64,000 nt of DNA from NCBI GenBank assembly GCA_900550465.1, contig URSC01000004.1:76507-140506 (forward strand), written 5' to 3'. Source of the stretch: an uncultured Alistipes sp. GTDB taxonomy: Bacteria > Bacteroidota > Bacteroidia > Bacteroidales > UBA932. The translations under genes and the position numbers were made by a program. Of this stretch, positions 29,988 through 39,980 are shown piece by piece (positions within the stretch are counted from its first letter, which is position 1; the number at the start of each line of letters is the position of its first letter). Below the pieces are notes generated by a model that was not told the DNA's origin, did no database searches, and saw only the letters and a program-made list of their open reading frames with translations.

Positions 29988-32453
29988 ATGGATGTTTCAT
30001 ATAATTGGCTGAAAGAGTATGTCTCTTTCGATCTCTCCCCCGAGAGAGTGGCCCAGATTCTGACTTTCATAGGTCTGGAAGTAGAGGAAATCAATACTGT
30101 AGAGGATATCCCAGGCGGTCTGGAGGGTGTTGTTGTAGCAGAGGTGGTGGAGTGCGCTCCTCATCCCGACTCGGATCATCTCCATATCACCAAAGTCCGT
30201 GCCTCGCAGGACGGAGAACTGCTGCAGGTAGTGTGCGGCGCTCCCAATGTGGCGGCAGGTCAGAAAGTCCTGCTGGCTACAGTCGGAACCAGTCTGCCCG
30301 CACCCGACGGAACCAGGATCAAGATCAAGAAATCCAAGATCCGCGGAGCCGAGTCCTTCGGAATGATCTGCGCGGAGGACGAGCTGGGTATAGGCACATC
30401 GCATGACGGTATTATGGTACTTGAGCCCGAGGCCGTCGTGGGTACTCCCGCCAGGGAATATCTGCATCTGGGTTCTGATACTGTGTTTACGATAGGGCTG
30501 ACACCCAACAGGGTGGACGGAGCCTCCCATATCGGAGTCGCCCGTGACCTCTCGGCATGGCTGAGACTCAACGGTCTGGGCGGAGAACTGACACTTCCGG
30601 ACGTGTCCTCGTTCCGCGAGGGCGAAGGAGAGTCCATTCCCATCGAGGTGATCAGTCATGACGGTGCTCCCCGCTATATGGGCATAACCCTTACCGACAT
30701 CAAGATAGCACCCTCTCCCGAGTGGCTGCAGAAGAAACTGCTGGCTGTAGGGCTGAGGCCCATCAACAACGTGGTGGATATCACCAACTTCATACTCATG
30801 GAAATCGGTCAGCCCCTCCATGCCTTTGACGCGTCCAGGATTACAGGAGGCAAGGTGGTTGTACGCCGTGCAGCCGAAGGTGAGAAGTTCGTCACCCTTG
30901 ACGGAGTGGAGCACACCCTGTCCGCACAGGATCTGATGATCTGCAATACCGAGAAGCCTATGTGTATCGCAGGTGTATTCGGAGGCCTGGAATCCGGTAT
31001 CACTGACTCTACCACCACGGTCTTCCTGGAGAGTGCATACTTCAACCCTACGTCTATCCGTAAGACCTCCAAACGTCTGGGCATCAAGACAGACGCCTCA
31101 TTCCGCTACGAGCGCGGCACTGACCCCGAGATCATACCCTACGCTGCCCGCCGTGCCGCCCTGCTGATGCAGGAACTGGCCGGGGCGCGAGTAGTGGGCT
31201 GTGTACGCGAAGACTATCCCGAGCAGCTTGAGCGCAAGCGGGTGCAGCTGGATTTCGACAGGATGGAGGCACTGATGGGCAAGAAGATAGGTGCTGAGAC
31301 CATTCTCAAGATACTGCGTTTTATGGACTTCGGCATCCTCTCCTCCGATGACCGCGGAGCCGAGGTGACCGTACCTACCTACAAGGTGGACGTGTACCGG
31401 GAGTGTGACGTAGTGGAGGAGGTGCTCAGGATCTATGGCTATGACAATATCGAGCTTCCGGACAGGATAGTCTCATCATACGACAATACCCCTAACCCTG
31501 ACCCCGAGACAGTCCGTGTAAAAGCCTGTGACCTGCTGGCCGCCAATGGTTTCATGGAGTGCATGAACAATTCCCTGACCAAGGCCGACTACTATACCGG
31601 ACTCAGGACATATCCCAAGGCCAACCTTCCGATGGTCATCAACCCGCTCAGCTCGGATCTCAACGCCATGCGCCAGACCCTGCTCTTCAGCGGACTGGAG
31701 GTGGTAGCCTACAATCTGAACCGTCAGGCCGGAGACCTGAAGCTCTTCGAGATGGGCAATGTCTACCGCTATGAGCCCAAGGGAGAGAATGATCCGGTAA
31801 ACAATCTGGCCTCCTACAGCGAGCAGATGCATCTGTCCATGTTCGTCGTAGGCAAGGGTACCCAGTACTGGAGGAACACCACCGGTGCAGGACATTTCTT
31901 CACCCTCAAGGGATATGTGGAGCTGCTGCTCAAGCGCCTGGGAGTAAATCTCTACAATCTCGACTGCTCACCGGCACCGGCAGACCTCTTCTCCGAGGGC
32001 CTCATGTACACGGTACCCGCTTCCGGCAAGACACTGGTCATGCTGGGTACGGTTTCCCAGGCCCGTCTGAGGCAGCTGGACATCAAGCAGCCCGTGTTTG
32101 CGGCCGAGATCAACTGGAGCCTGCTCGTCAAGCATTATCTCAAGGAGAAGGTGCAGTACCGTGAATTGCCGCAGTATCCTGAGGTCCGCCGCGACCTGGC
32201 TCTGCTGCTGGACGAGAACGTCTCGTTCGCGGATATCCGCAAGGCGGCTCTGGCTGTCGAGAAAAAGCTCCTGCGCAAGGTTGTCCTCTTCGACGTATAC
32301 CGCGGGGACAAGATACCTGCCGGCAAGAAGCAGTACGCTGTCAGCCTGACCTTCCAGGACTACGAGAAGACACTTACAGACAAGTATGTAGAGCAGATGG
32401 TCAGCCGCATACTCGGAGCACTGTCGCATCAGTTCGGAGCAGTGCTGAGGTAG
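29988..32453 (+). CDS. pheT: Phenylalanine--tRNA ligase beta subunit
   Basis: MDVSYNWLKEYV N-terminus, tRNA-binding, B3/4, B5 and FDX-ACB domains. 821 aa. Confidence 0.9.
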   Translation: MDVSYNWLKEYVSFDLSPERVAQILTFIGLEVEEINTVEDIPGGLEGVVVAEVVECAPHPDSDHLHITKVRASQDGELLQVVCGAPNVAAGQKVLLATVGTSLPAPDGTRIKIKKSKIRGAESFGMICAEDELGIGTSHDGIMVLEPEAVVGTPAREYLHLGSDTVFTIGLTPNRVDGASHIGVARDLSAWLRLNGLGGELTLPDVSSFREGEGESIPIEVISHDGAPRYMGITLTDIKIAPSPEWLQKKLLAVGLRPINNVVDITNFILMEIGQPLHAFDASRITGGKVVVRRAAEGEKFVTLDGVEHTLSAQDLMICNTEKPMCIAGVFGGLESGITDSTTTVFLESAYFNPTSIRKTSKRLGIKTDASFRYERGTDPEIIPYAARRAALLMQELAGARVVGCVREDYPEQLERKRVQLDFDRMEALMGKKIGAETILKILRFMDFGILSSDDRGAEVTVPTYKVDVYRECDVVEEVLRIYGYDNIELPDRIVSSYDNTPNPDPETVRVKACDLLAANGFMECMNNSLTKADYYTGLRTYPKANLPMVINPLSSDLNAMRQTLLFSGLEVVAYNLNRQAGDLKLFEMGNVYRYEPKGENDPVNNLASYSEQMHLSMFVVGKGTQYWRNTTGAGHFFTLKGYVELLLKRLGVNLYNLDCSPAPADLFSEGLMYTVPASGKTLVMLGTVSQARLRQLDIKQPVFAAEINWSLLVKHYLKEKVQYRELPQYPEVRRDLALLLDENVSFADIRKAALAVEKKLLRKVVLFDVYRGDKIPAGKKQYAVSLTFQDYEKTLTDKYVEQMVSRILGALSHQFGAVLR

Positions 32454-32467
32454 AAGTGACTAAAGTG

Positions 32468-32508
32468 CAACAAAAAAGTGGCGGGGCCCGGAAGCTCCGC
32501 CACTTTTT
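32468..32508. terminator. Bidirectional rho-independent terminator between convergent pheT and OMP genes
   Basis: AAAAAAGTGGCGGggcccggaagctCCGCCACTTTTTTA, with an A-tract and a T-tract flanking a GC hairpin. Confidence 0.8.
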
Positions 32509-32526
32509 TATATACAGCCGTACCTT

Positions 32527-32994
32527 TTAGAAAAGATAGCGGATGCTGAGTGCTATACCTCCCTGGAAAAGACCCAGCGAGTTGAATCCTACACCATTGT
32601 TGTAGAAGTGCGGACCGAGGATAGGACGCCAGTCGAGTGACAGGTTCATAGGGAACCAGAAGTTGTATTCCACTCCGATACGTCCTGCGACTCCTACGTA
32701 TCCTACTACGTCGTTGAAACCGTACATACCGCCTCCGGCACCTACTCCTGCGTACCAGTTCCAGGAACCCTGCTCCTGCCATGAGTTGATAGGGAATACC
32801 CAGTCATAGGTGGCTGCTGCCTCGATACCGTAGAATCCGGGCAGACCGAAATCAATGTCCAGCATATTGTTTCCAAGAGAATGCTGGTAGTTGAGCTCCA
32901 GACCATAACCGAGCCTGCCGCCGATAGCGCGGGGCTGGGCGTAAACAGCTGCGGCTGTAAAAAGCGCGATAGCGATAATGATAAATTTCTTCAT
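32527..32994 (-). CDS. Small outer-membrane beta-barrel protein (OmpW/OmpA-barrel-like)
   Basis: Signal peptide, alternating aromatic/Gly-rich strands and a C-terminal aromatic (F) residue. 155 aa. Confidence 0.6.
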   Translation of the reverse strand: MKKFIIIAIALFTAAAVYAQPRAIGGRLGYGLELNYQHSLGNNMLDIDFGLPGFYGIEAAATYDWVFPINSWQEQGSWNWYAGVGAGGGMYGFNDVVGYVGVAGRIGVEYNFWFPMNLSLDWRPILGPHFYNNGVGFNSLGLFQGGIALSIRYLF

Positions 32995-33025
32995 CTTGTA
33001 GCGATTTAGATGTTAGTAATATTGA

Positions 33026-33856
33026 TTAATAATAAGTTACAGATGATTTCTCCACCTCTGATATGATGGAGTTGGCCACCCGGCTGGCTCCGAAACGGAG
33101 CAGGGCGGGTGTCAGCCATTCCTGACCGAGCACAGTCTCTACGATGGCATAGTAAACAGCTGCGTCCATCGCTGTGGATATGCCGCCTGCGGGCTTGAAG
33201 CCTATACGGCGTCCGGTCCTGGCGAAATACTCCTTGATGCAGTCGCACATGACGATGGCTGCGAAGGGGGTGGCGGCGGGCTCCATCTTTCCGGTGGATG
33301 TCTTTATGAAGTCAGCGCCTGACTCCATGGCCAGGAAGGATGCTTCCCTGATCTTGGACTCGTCTGCCAGAGCCCCTGTCTCCAGGATGACTTTCAGTAC
33401 GGCACCTTCAGTCACCTTGCGGACAGCGCGGATCTCTTCCTCGCATCTGCTCAGGTTGTGATCAAGAAAACTGTTGAGTGCCAGAACTATGTCTACTTCG
33501 TCGGCTCCGTCGGCCACAGCCATCCGGCTTTCCAGAACCTTTACCTCCAGAAAACTCTGGGAGGCGGGAAAGCATCCGGCGACTACGGTAGTGTGCACGC
33601 CCTGGACGGTAAGGTTTTCCTTAACGGTTCTTGCAAAATTGGGATAGACACAGATAGATGCCGGCAGGGGATAATCGGGAAAACGTTTCTGGAAGTCATT
33701 GACTTTGTTGACCAGCCGTGTGATACTGGAGTGTGTATCCGTCGGCTTGAGCGAAGTCAGGTCGGTCATGCCCAGGCAGGCTTTCAGAACCTCGGGGGTC
33801 ATCCAGTGGGAAAGGTTATCGTGGATGGCTTTTATCCGGTTTTCGATGATGTCCAT
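33026..33856 (-). CDS. deoC: Deoxyribose-phosphate aldolase
   Basis: GADFIKTSTGK Schiff-base lysine region. 276 aa (the long Bacteroidetes-type DeoC). Confidence 0.8.
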   Translation of the reverse strand: MDIIENRIKAIHDNLSHWMTPEVLKACLGMTDLTSLKPTDTHSSITRLVNKVNDFQKRFPDYPLPASICVYPNFARTVKENLTVQGVHTTVVAGCFPASQSFLEVKVLESRMAVADGADEVDIVLALNSFLDHNLSRCEEEIRAVRKVTEGAVLKVILETGALADESKIREASFLAMESGADFIKTSTGKMEPAATPFAAIVMCDCIKEYFARTGRRIGFKPAGGISTAMDAAVYYAIVETVLGQEWLTPALLRFGASRVANSIISEVEKSSVTYY

Positions 33857-34308
33857 TATTCTCGGTTTTTAGTGTCAATAATGATGGTGACAGGACCGTC
33901 ATTGACGATTGACACCTTCATATCTGCACCAAAGATACCTTTTTTAACGGGCTTTCCCAAAATATTTTCCAACCTTTCGAGGAATTTTTCATAAAGCGGG
34001 ACGGAAATCTCTGGTTTAGCCGCTTTTATATATGAGGGTCTGTTACCCTTTTTCGTCGAGGCGTATAGGGTGAACTGACTTATCACGAGTATATCTCCGT
34101 CCACGTCCAGGACCGAACGGTTCATGACCCCGTCGGCGTCGTCGAAGACGCGCAGGTTCACTATCTTGTGGCAGAGCCAGTCGATGTCCTCATCCGAGTC
34201 GCCCTCGGTGATGCCTATGAGGATATTGAGGCCGGTGCCTATCTCGCCGTGGCAGACCCCTCCGATGACTACGGAAGACCGGCTTGTTCTCTGTATTACA
34301 GCTCTCAT
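33856..34308 (-). CDS. dtd: D-aminoacyl-tRNA deacylase
   Basis: MRAVIQRTS...SQFTLY...NGPVTI signature. 150 aa. The ORF's upstream extension is not coding. Confidence 0.85.
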   Translation of the reverse strand: MRAVIQRTSRSSVVIGGVCHGEIGTGLNILIGITEGDSDEDIDWLCHKIVNLRVFDDADGVMNRSVLDVDGDILVISQFTLYASTKKGNRPSYIKAAKPEISVPLYEKFLERLENILGKPVKKGIFGADMKVSIVNDGPVTIIIDTKNRE

Positions 34309-35084
34309 CAGCCCCGGATCTGAACGGTGACGCCGGCTGCCTTGAGCGGTGCGGCGATAACTTCCATCTCCTGCACGGTCACCTTCTCCAGGTCCTTGGC
34401 CGGAGTCTCCCTGTCGATGGTGTACATCATGACCTCGCGGGGCCTTAGACTCAGGACAATGTCTCTCCACGGGGCGACGCTCTCCTCGCAGGTAAGGTCT
34501 ATCCGGCGTCCGCCTATTGTCCCCTTGAGGAACATGGTCTGAAGGATGAAATTGCCGTTGAACAGGCGGAGATTCTCCACGGTCTCTGCCAGGGAGTAGT
34601 GTCCTACAGGATTGTCAATGAGGCGGATGTATTCCTCCAGTCCGCTGTCTATCTTTAGGATGGGATTGGTTACTTTCATCAGGGCCTCCCGGACTTCCCT
34701 GCGGCCTGTCATGGTCGCGTTGGACAGGACGGATACGGCAGCGGAGGGAAAATAGCGGTCCCTGAGCTGCAGGGTAAAATCGATGATTTCGGGAAAATCC
34801 GGATGGATGGTGGGCTCTCCGTTGCCGGAGAATGTGATGGTGTCCACCGGAGTCCCCTCGTCATGCAGCTCGGCGAAGCGTTCCTGCATCCGCTGGAACA
34901 CGGCTTCTTTCGTAGGGATGACCTGGTCGGCGCGGCCGTCCTTGTTCCATCCGCACTCACAGTAGACGCAGTCGAAGGAACAGAGTTTGCCGTTGTCAGG
35001 CAGAAGGTTGATGCCCAGGGAGTTGCCCAGGCGGCGGCTCTTTATGGGGCCGAACACTATCTTGTGAAAAAGTATCGTGGACAT
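34308..35084 (-). CDS. Radical SAM protein (uncharacterised small family)
   Basis: CSFDCVYCECG is a CxxxCxxC cluster. 258 aa. Confidence 0.65.
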   Translation of the reverse strand: MSTILFHKIVFGPIKSRRLGNSLGINLLPDNGKLCSFDCVYCECGWNKDGRADQVIPTKEAVFQRMQERFAELHDEGTPVDTITFSGNGEPTIHPDFPEIIDFTLQLRDRYFPSAAVSVLSNATMTGRREVREALMKVTNPILKIDSGLEEYIRLIDNPVGHYSLAETVENLRLFNGNFILQTMFLKGTIGGRRIDLTCEESVAPWRDIVLSLRPREVMMYTIDRETPAKDLEKVTVQEMEVIAAPLKAAGVTVQIRG

Positions 35085-35114
35085 AATGTGTGCTGTTTAG
35101 TCGGTTCAAATATC

Positions 35115-36302
35115 TCAGAGCAGCCTTCTCGAGGTGCTTTCCTTGGTGAGCTGCATGCTCCCGAAGTCCACGGCATCGATGAGCACGGCTCCGGGACGCT
35201 TGCCCGGCTCGAAGGAGCCGAGAACGGAGTCCTTGCCCAGGGCTGCGGCTCCGTTGAGACATGCCCAGGTCAGGACCGTCTGGAGGGGAATCTGGGGATA
35301 ATGGCTGTGGATGCACTTGAACTCCTCTACCATGGACAGGACGTGGTTGGAGGACAGGCTGTCGGTGCCCACGGCTATGCGCACGCCCATGCTCATCAGC
35401 AGTGGCAGGTCGGCCATGGCCCTGTGGATGAAAATGTTGGAAAGGGGGCAGGTTACCCAGGTGCAGTCGCGCAGTACGCTCTCTGCTGCACGGATGCTGT
35501 CTTCGCGGGCGACTGTGTTATGTATCAGCAGTATGTGCTCGTCGAACGGTGCCGGATGCACCTTCTGAAGCTGGTCCAGGAAATGGAATACGGCGGGCTT
35601 GCCGGTGGCCGGAGCCACGCTGAGATGCCGGTTGACATAGTTCTCGTAGAGAGGGCCGCGGTGGAAGCCGATCATGTCGTCCTCCTCCTGGGATTCCTGG
35701 TTGTGATAGGAGATGAATCCGGCATTCAGACCTTCGGCCGAGGCCATCCGGAGCAGGTCCGGACTCATGGTGTAGGGCGAATGAGGGGTTATGGCGGCGT
35801 CCAGTCCGGCGGCAGCGGCTTTCTCCACCAGCTTCCGGGCATCGGCGATGACTGCCGGAGCATCTTCCGGCTCGGAGCCGAAGACCTCCACGAATGTCCT
35901 GGTGTACATGGGACCTTCGCTCTTCATGGCGAAACTCTCGTCGCAGTTGGAGATATCGGCCATGGCGCTGACGCCCTCGGCGTAGAGTTTCTCGAACTGC
36001 CGTCTCATGGCTTTCTGGCGCTCTTCCGCCGGGGCTGACTCGCGCAGAGCGTTGATCTGGTCGATGAATCCGGACATGCCGGTAGCCTCGCGGAACTTGC
36101 CTTCCAGGTGAGAAAGCTCTATGTGGCAGTGGGCGTTGGTGAATCCGGGCACCAGGATGCCGTTGTAGAATTCGGTGCTGCCGGTCTCTCCGGACATCTG
36201 TCCGATGCCGGTGATCGTACCGTCATCGGCGAAGTCCACATAACCGTTGCGGATGGGATCCGAGGTTATGGGGAATATGTAATTTGCTGCTATTCGTCTC
36301 AT
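35115..36302 (-). CDS. Amidohydrolase-family metal-dependent hydrolase (deaminase/chlorohydrolase-like)
   Basis: GFTNAHCHIELS metal-binding HxH motif. 395 aa. Confidence 0.7.
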   Translation of the reverse strand: MRRIAANYIFPITSDPIRNGYVDFADDGTITGIGQMSGETGSTEFYNGILVPGFTNAHCHIELSHLEGKFREATGMSGFIDQINALRESAPAEERQKAMRRQFEKLYAEGVSAMADISNCDESFAMKSEGPMYTRTFVEVFGSEPEDAPAVIADARKLVEKAAAAGLDAAITPHSPYTMSPDLLRMASAEGLNAGFISYHNQESQEEDDMIGFHRGPLYENYVNRHLSVAPATGKPAVFHFLDQLQKVHPAPFDEHILLIHNTVAREDSIRAAESVLRDCTWVTCPLSNIFIHRAMADLPLLMSMGVRIAVGTDSLSSNHVLSMVEEFKCIHSHYPQIPLQTVLTWACLNGAAALGKDSVLGSFEPGKRPGAVLIDAVDFGSMQLTKESTSRRLL

Positions 36303-37018
36303 ATTTCGTCCAGTTGAATTGTCTGAGGTCTTGCTTTCAGCGGCAACGGCTTCTTCCGCGGAGTCATGGGCCGGTCAGCGGGCTTCATTCCGGTTGATGC
36401 TGTGTCCAGCTCGTTCATGAATCCGTCCGTCATGAAGAATTCGAAACTACGGTCTGCATTGAGTGCGGAGTCGCTGAAGAGCATGAAGGGATTCTGCGGC
36501 CTTCCGTATGCCGCGGAGTCTGGCATGGGGGACCGTAGCAGTACTGTGTCCGGCTTGAAAAACAGAATCCGCATGTACTTGTAATATAATGGAGAGTGTA
36601 TGCCGTCGGCCGTCAGTATGTCCAGCGAGTCGATGATGCTCCATCTCACCGGTGTATTGCTTTCCGCTTCCAGTATGGCCTTCAGCTCCGCTTCCCTCTT
36701 TTCCATCATCTGTCCGGTGCGCTCGAATATCTCCTGATATATGTCCGTATGCTCCAGGTAGTAGCCTACGCTCCTGGTATAGTCTTCCGAAGTATATCCG
36801 TAACGTCTGAATATCGGTTCGTATACAAGCAGTGTGTCTGTCATCCTGCGTAATCTATTATCGGACTTGATCGCCTCGTCGGTCATGTACATGTCGTAGT
36901 AGATTTTCGACATGACGTCTTCCGGTATGATGCCGCGCTCCTGGCGGCAGGAGACAGCAGACAGGAAGGCGCATGCGGCGCATATCAGTGTCAGGCGGAA
37001 CTTACGGCTTATGTCCAT
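36299..37018 (-). CDS. Hypothetical lipoprotein (DUF4296-like)
   Basis: Lipobox LSAVSC, with no catalytic motifs recognised. Confidence 0.5.
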   Translation of the reverse strand: MDISRKFRLTLICAACAFLSAVSCRQERGIIPEDVMSKIYYDMYMTDEAIKSDNRLRRMTDTLLVYEPIFRRYGYTSEDYTRSVGYYLEHTDIYQEIFERTGQMMEKREAELKAILEAESNTPVRWSIIDSLDILTADGIHSPLYYKYMRILFFKPDTVLLRSPMPDSAAYGRPQNPFMLFSDSALNADRSFEFFMTDGFMNELDTASTGMKPADRPMTPRKKPLPLKARPQTIQLDEI

Positions 37019-37036
37019 ACGGCTGGTTTTGTTTCA

Positions 37037-37699
37037 ATGCGCAAATATAACTTTTATTCTTTATCTTTGCATCCTCATTCAAAAGCTATGCTGATACGTC
37101 CGCCAAGGCTGCTCAAGAAGATTTACCCTTCCTTCATCTGGTCATTCCCGAAGGAGAAGGACGGTATTTTCCTTACATTCGACGACGGTCCCTGCCCGCA
37201 GGTGACGCCGTGGGTCCTTGACGAACTGGACAGATGGGGAGCGAAGGCGACATTTTTCTGTATAGGAAAGAATGTGGAGCTGTATCCGGACCTCTTTGCC
37301 GAGACAGTGCGGCGCGGACATTCTGTGGGATGTCATTCCTACAGTCATGTGCCCGGGTGGGGGATGCCTCTGGACGACTACGTGCAGGATGTGGATATGG
37401 CTGCGGAGATCATCAGGACCAATCTCTACCGTCCCCCCTACGCCAAAATAACCCTCCGTCAGGCAGAAGCCCTCAGTCTGAGATACAATATCGTCATGTG
37501 GAATATCCTCAGCCGTGACTATAACCGCAAGCTGGGCCACAGGGCCTGCGCAAGGAACGTAGTACCGTATCTCAGTCCAGGCTCGGTGATAGTCTTCCAC
37601 GATTCGAAGAAAGCCTCGAAGAATCTGTGGTATGCCCTGCCCAAGACTCTGGAAGCCGCCGCCAGGATGGAATTGAAGTGTAAACCGATTATATTATAA
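37037..37699 (+). CDS. Polysaccharide deacetylase (NodB homology domain)
   Basis: TFDDGP and HSYSH motifs. Confidence 0.8.
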   Translation: MRKYNFYSLSLHPHSKAMLIRPPRLLKKIYPSFIWSFPKEKDGIFLTFDDGPCPQVTPWVLDELDRWGAKATFFCIGKNVELYPDLFAETVRRGHSVGCHSYSHVPGWGMPLDDYVQDVDMAAEIIRTNLYRPPYAKITLRQAEALSLRYNIVMWNILSRDYNRKLGHRACARNVVPYLSPGSVIVFHDSKKASKNLWYALPKTLEAAARMELKCKPIIL

Positions 37700-37704
37700 T
37701 AAAT

Positions 37705-39003
37705 ATGAAGTACAATGTATTGCTGCTGGGTTCAGGCGGCAGGGAGCATGCCCTGGCCTGGAAAATATCCCGGAGTCCCATGCTCGGAAATTTCTATGCT
37801 CTCCCCGGAAATCCCGGAATCAATGCCCTTGCTACGGGCATTGAAGGCAGTGTGGGAGATTTTGACTTGATTCTCAGGACAGTGGTGGAAAAAGAGATAG
37901 ACCTGGTGGTCTGCGGACCGGAAGATCCTCTGGTAGGCGGGCTGAAGGATTTCCTGATGTCATCGGACAGTCTCAGGAAAGAAGTGCTGTTTGCGGGGCC
38001 TGGACGGGATGGAGCCAGGCTGGAGGGAAGCAAGGATTTCGCAAAGGAATTCATGGCCCGTCACGGAATACCCACAGCTGCGTACAGGACATTCACTTCT
38101 GACAGGAAAGGCGAGGCAATGGAATTTCTCCGCAGCCTCAGACCGCCTTATGTAATAAAGGCGGACGGTCTTGCGGCCGGCAAGGGAGTGATCATTTCCC
38201 CGTCCCTGCAGGAGGCGGAGGCGGCACTGGACAGTATCTTCGGCGGCCGTTTCGGCTCTGCCGGAGCAAAGGTAGTGATAGAGGAGTATCTGGACGGCGT
38301 GGAAGTCTCATACTTCATTCTTACGGACGGACAGCGGTGGCTCCTCTTGCCCGAGGCCAAGGACTACAAGAGAATAGGGGACGGTGACAAGGGCCCGAAT
38401 ACCGGAGGCATGGGCTCAGTCTCTCCCGTTCCGTTCTGCGACGGAGAGTTTACCCGAAAAGTTGTCGACCGTATCATCGAGCCTACGGTCCGGGGACTGA
38501 GGAGCGAGGGTATGGATTACCGCGGTTTTATCTTCTTCGGCCTCATGAACTGCGGTGGTGATCCCTATGTCATAGAATACAATGTCAGAATGGGTGATCC
38601 CGAAACAGAGTCCGTCATGCCGCGCATAGGCAGTGACTTTCTGGCGCATCTGGCAGCTGCAGCCCGTGGAGATCTTTCCGGAGAGAGGCTGGATATACTC
38701 CGGCAGTCGGCGGTTACGTGCATAGTTGTTTCAGGAGGGTATCCGGACAAATACGCAAAGGGATATCCCATCAGCGGGCTGGACAGGATGGAGCCCCTTA
38801 TCGTATTTAGTGCTGGTACATCTGTAAAAGACGGAAAGACAGTGACCTCGGGAGGCCGTGTGCTGGCTGTTACCGCGCTGGGCGAGAACCTGCAGGAGGC
38901 CAGGGATTCCGTGTATTCCAAAATAGACAATATACGTTTTGAGGGAGCGTTTCACCGCAGCGATATTGCACAGGATATGATCAACTGGCCCGGCAGGAAA
39001 TGA
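37705..39003 (+). CDS. purD: Phosphoribosylamine--glycine ligase
   Basis: MKYNVLLLGSGGREHALAWK N-terminus and ATP-grasp domain. 432 aa. Confidence 0.9.
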   Translation: MKYNVLLLGSGGREHALAWKISRSPMLGNFYALPGNPGINALATGIEGSVGDFDLILRTVVEKEIDLVVCGPEDPLVGGLKDFLMSSDSLRKEVLFAGPGRDGARLEGSKDFAKEFMARHGIPTAAYRTFTSDRKGEAMEFLRSLRPPYVIKADGLAAGKGVIISPSLQEAEAALDSIFGGRFGSAGAKVVIEEYLDGVEVSYFILTDGQRWLLLPEAKDYKRIGDGDKGPNTGGMGSVSPVPFCDGEFTRKVVDRIIEPTVRGLRSEGMDYRGFIFFGLMNCGGDPYVIEYNVRMGDPETESVMPRIGSDFLAHLAAAARGDLSGERLDILRQSAVTCIVVSGGYPDKYAKGYPISGLDRMEPLIVFSAGTSVKDGKTVTSGGRVLAVTALGENLQEARDSVYSKIDNIRFEGAFHRSDIAQDMINWPGRK

Positions 39004-39980
39004 GAGACAAGCGAAAATCCCCCTTGCTGATATTCCTGCTTGCCATTTCCGTGGTGGCTCTGGCCGTTTCTTACTTCTTCCTTCCTGATGGCGTGGCGAA
39101 GCCGGATACCGGGCTTATCTCCATACCGTGGCTGTCCTGTGCCGCGGCCCTGGTGTGCCTGGCCGTAACTGCCGCATCGATGGGCCTGCTCAACTACAAC
39201 GACTTCCTGTACACCTCGGACACCAAACTGCTGTACCTTCCTTATCTGCTCGCCGCACTCAGTGTCCCGGGCTCTATGGAACTCAGCGTGTGGCATATTG
39301 CCGCACTGCTTATATTGTGGGCTGTCTTTTATGCCGTAAGGTACCTCAATTCAGAGCAGCTCAGGATGGATTATATATTCGGAGCCATGCTCATGGCCGG
39401 AGCAGCTTCAGCCATAGTCCCTTGTCTGATGTACGCGCAGATATTCATTTTCATCCATTGTCTGTACAGAAGGGGACATGAGCCCCTGCGTCACCTGCTT
39501 GCATCCCTTGCCGGGACCGCCTTGCCGTGGGTGTGCGCAGCAGCGCTGGCCTTCTTTTTCCCTGAATCGTTCAGCATTGAGGGCTATGCGGCATTTTTCC
39601 GGGACGGGATGGCCCTCTCGCTGCCTTCGCTGAGCGGCATGTCCGTACGGGAGATGGTCTGGGCCGGATTCGGTCTGGTACTCGGGATCAGGTCCGTGAT
39701 TTTCGTGCTTTCCCGCGGCCGGGAAAGAAACAAGGCCCAGAAAAACTCATTCGGTCTTTCTGTGGCCTTGTCTGTGATTTTTTTCCTGACTGCCGCTTTC
39801 TGCGGAGGCCTCGCGACTCCTCTTTTCATCATGCCGGCCGCTGTTCCATTGTCATTCGTAGTCTTTGACCTTTTTACCAACGGGGGCAGGGTGGAGGTCG
39901 GTGCCTGGACGGTCCTGCTGCTGTTGCTGGCGGCAGTTAGTAGGATTCTGGAGTTTTTCCCGGATATCCTTCTTTTCTAG
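39000..39980 (+). CDS. Polytopic membrane protein of unknown function
   Basis: About 9 predicted TM helices and no recognisable motif. Confidence 0.5.
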   Translation: MRDKRKSPLLIFLLAISVVALAVSYFFLPDGVAKPDTGLISIPWLSCAAALVCLAVTAASMGLLNYNDFLYTSDTKLLYLPYLLAALSVPGSMELSVWHIAALLILWAVFYAVRYLNSEQLRMDYIFGAMLMAGAASAIVPCLMYAQIFIFIHCLYRRGHEPLRHLLASLAGTALPWVCAAALAFFFPESFSIEGYAAFFRDGMALSLPSLSGMSVREMVWAGFGLVLGIRSVIFVLSRGRERNKAQKNSFGLSVALSVIFFLTAAFCGGLATPLFIMPAAVPLSFVVFDLFTNGGRVEVGAWTVLLLLLAAVSRILEFFPDILLF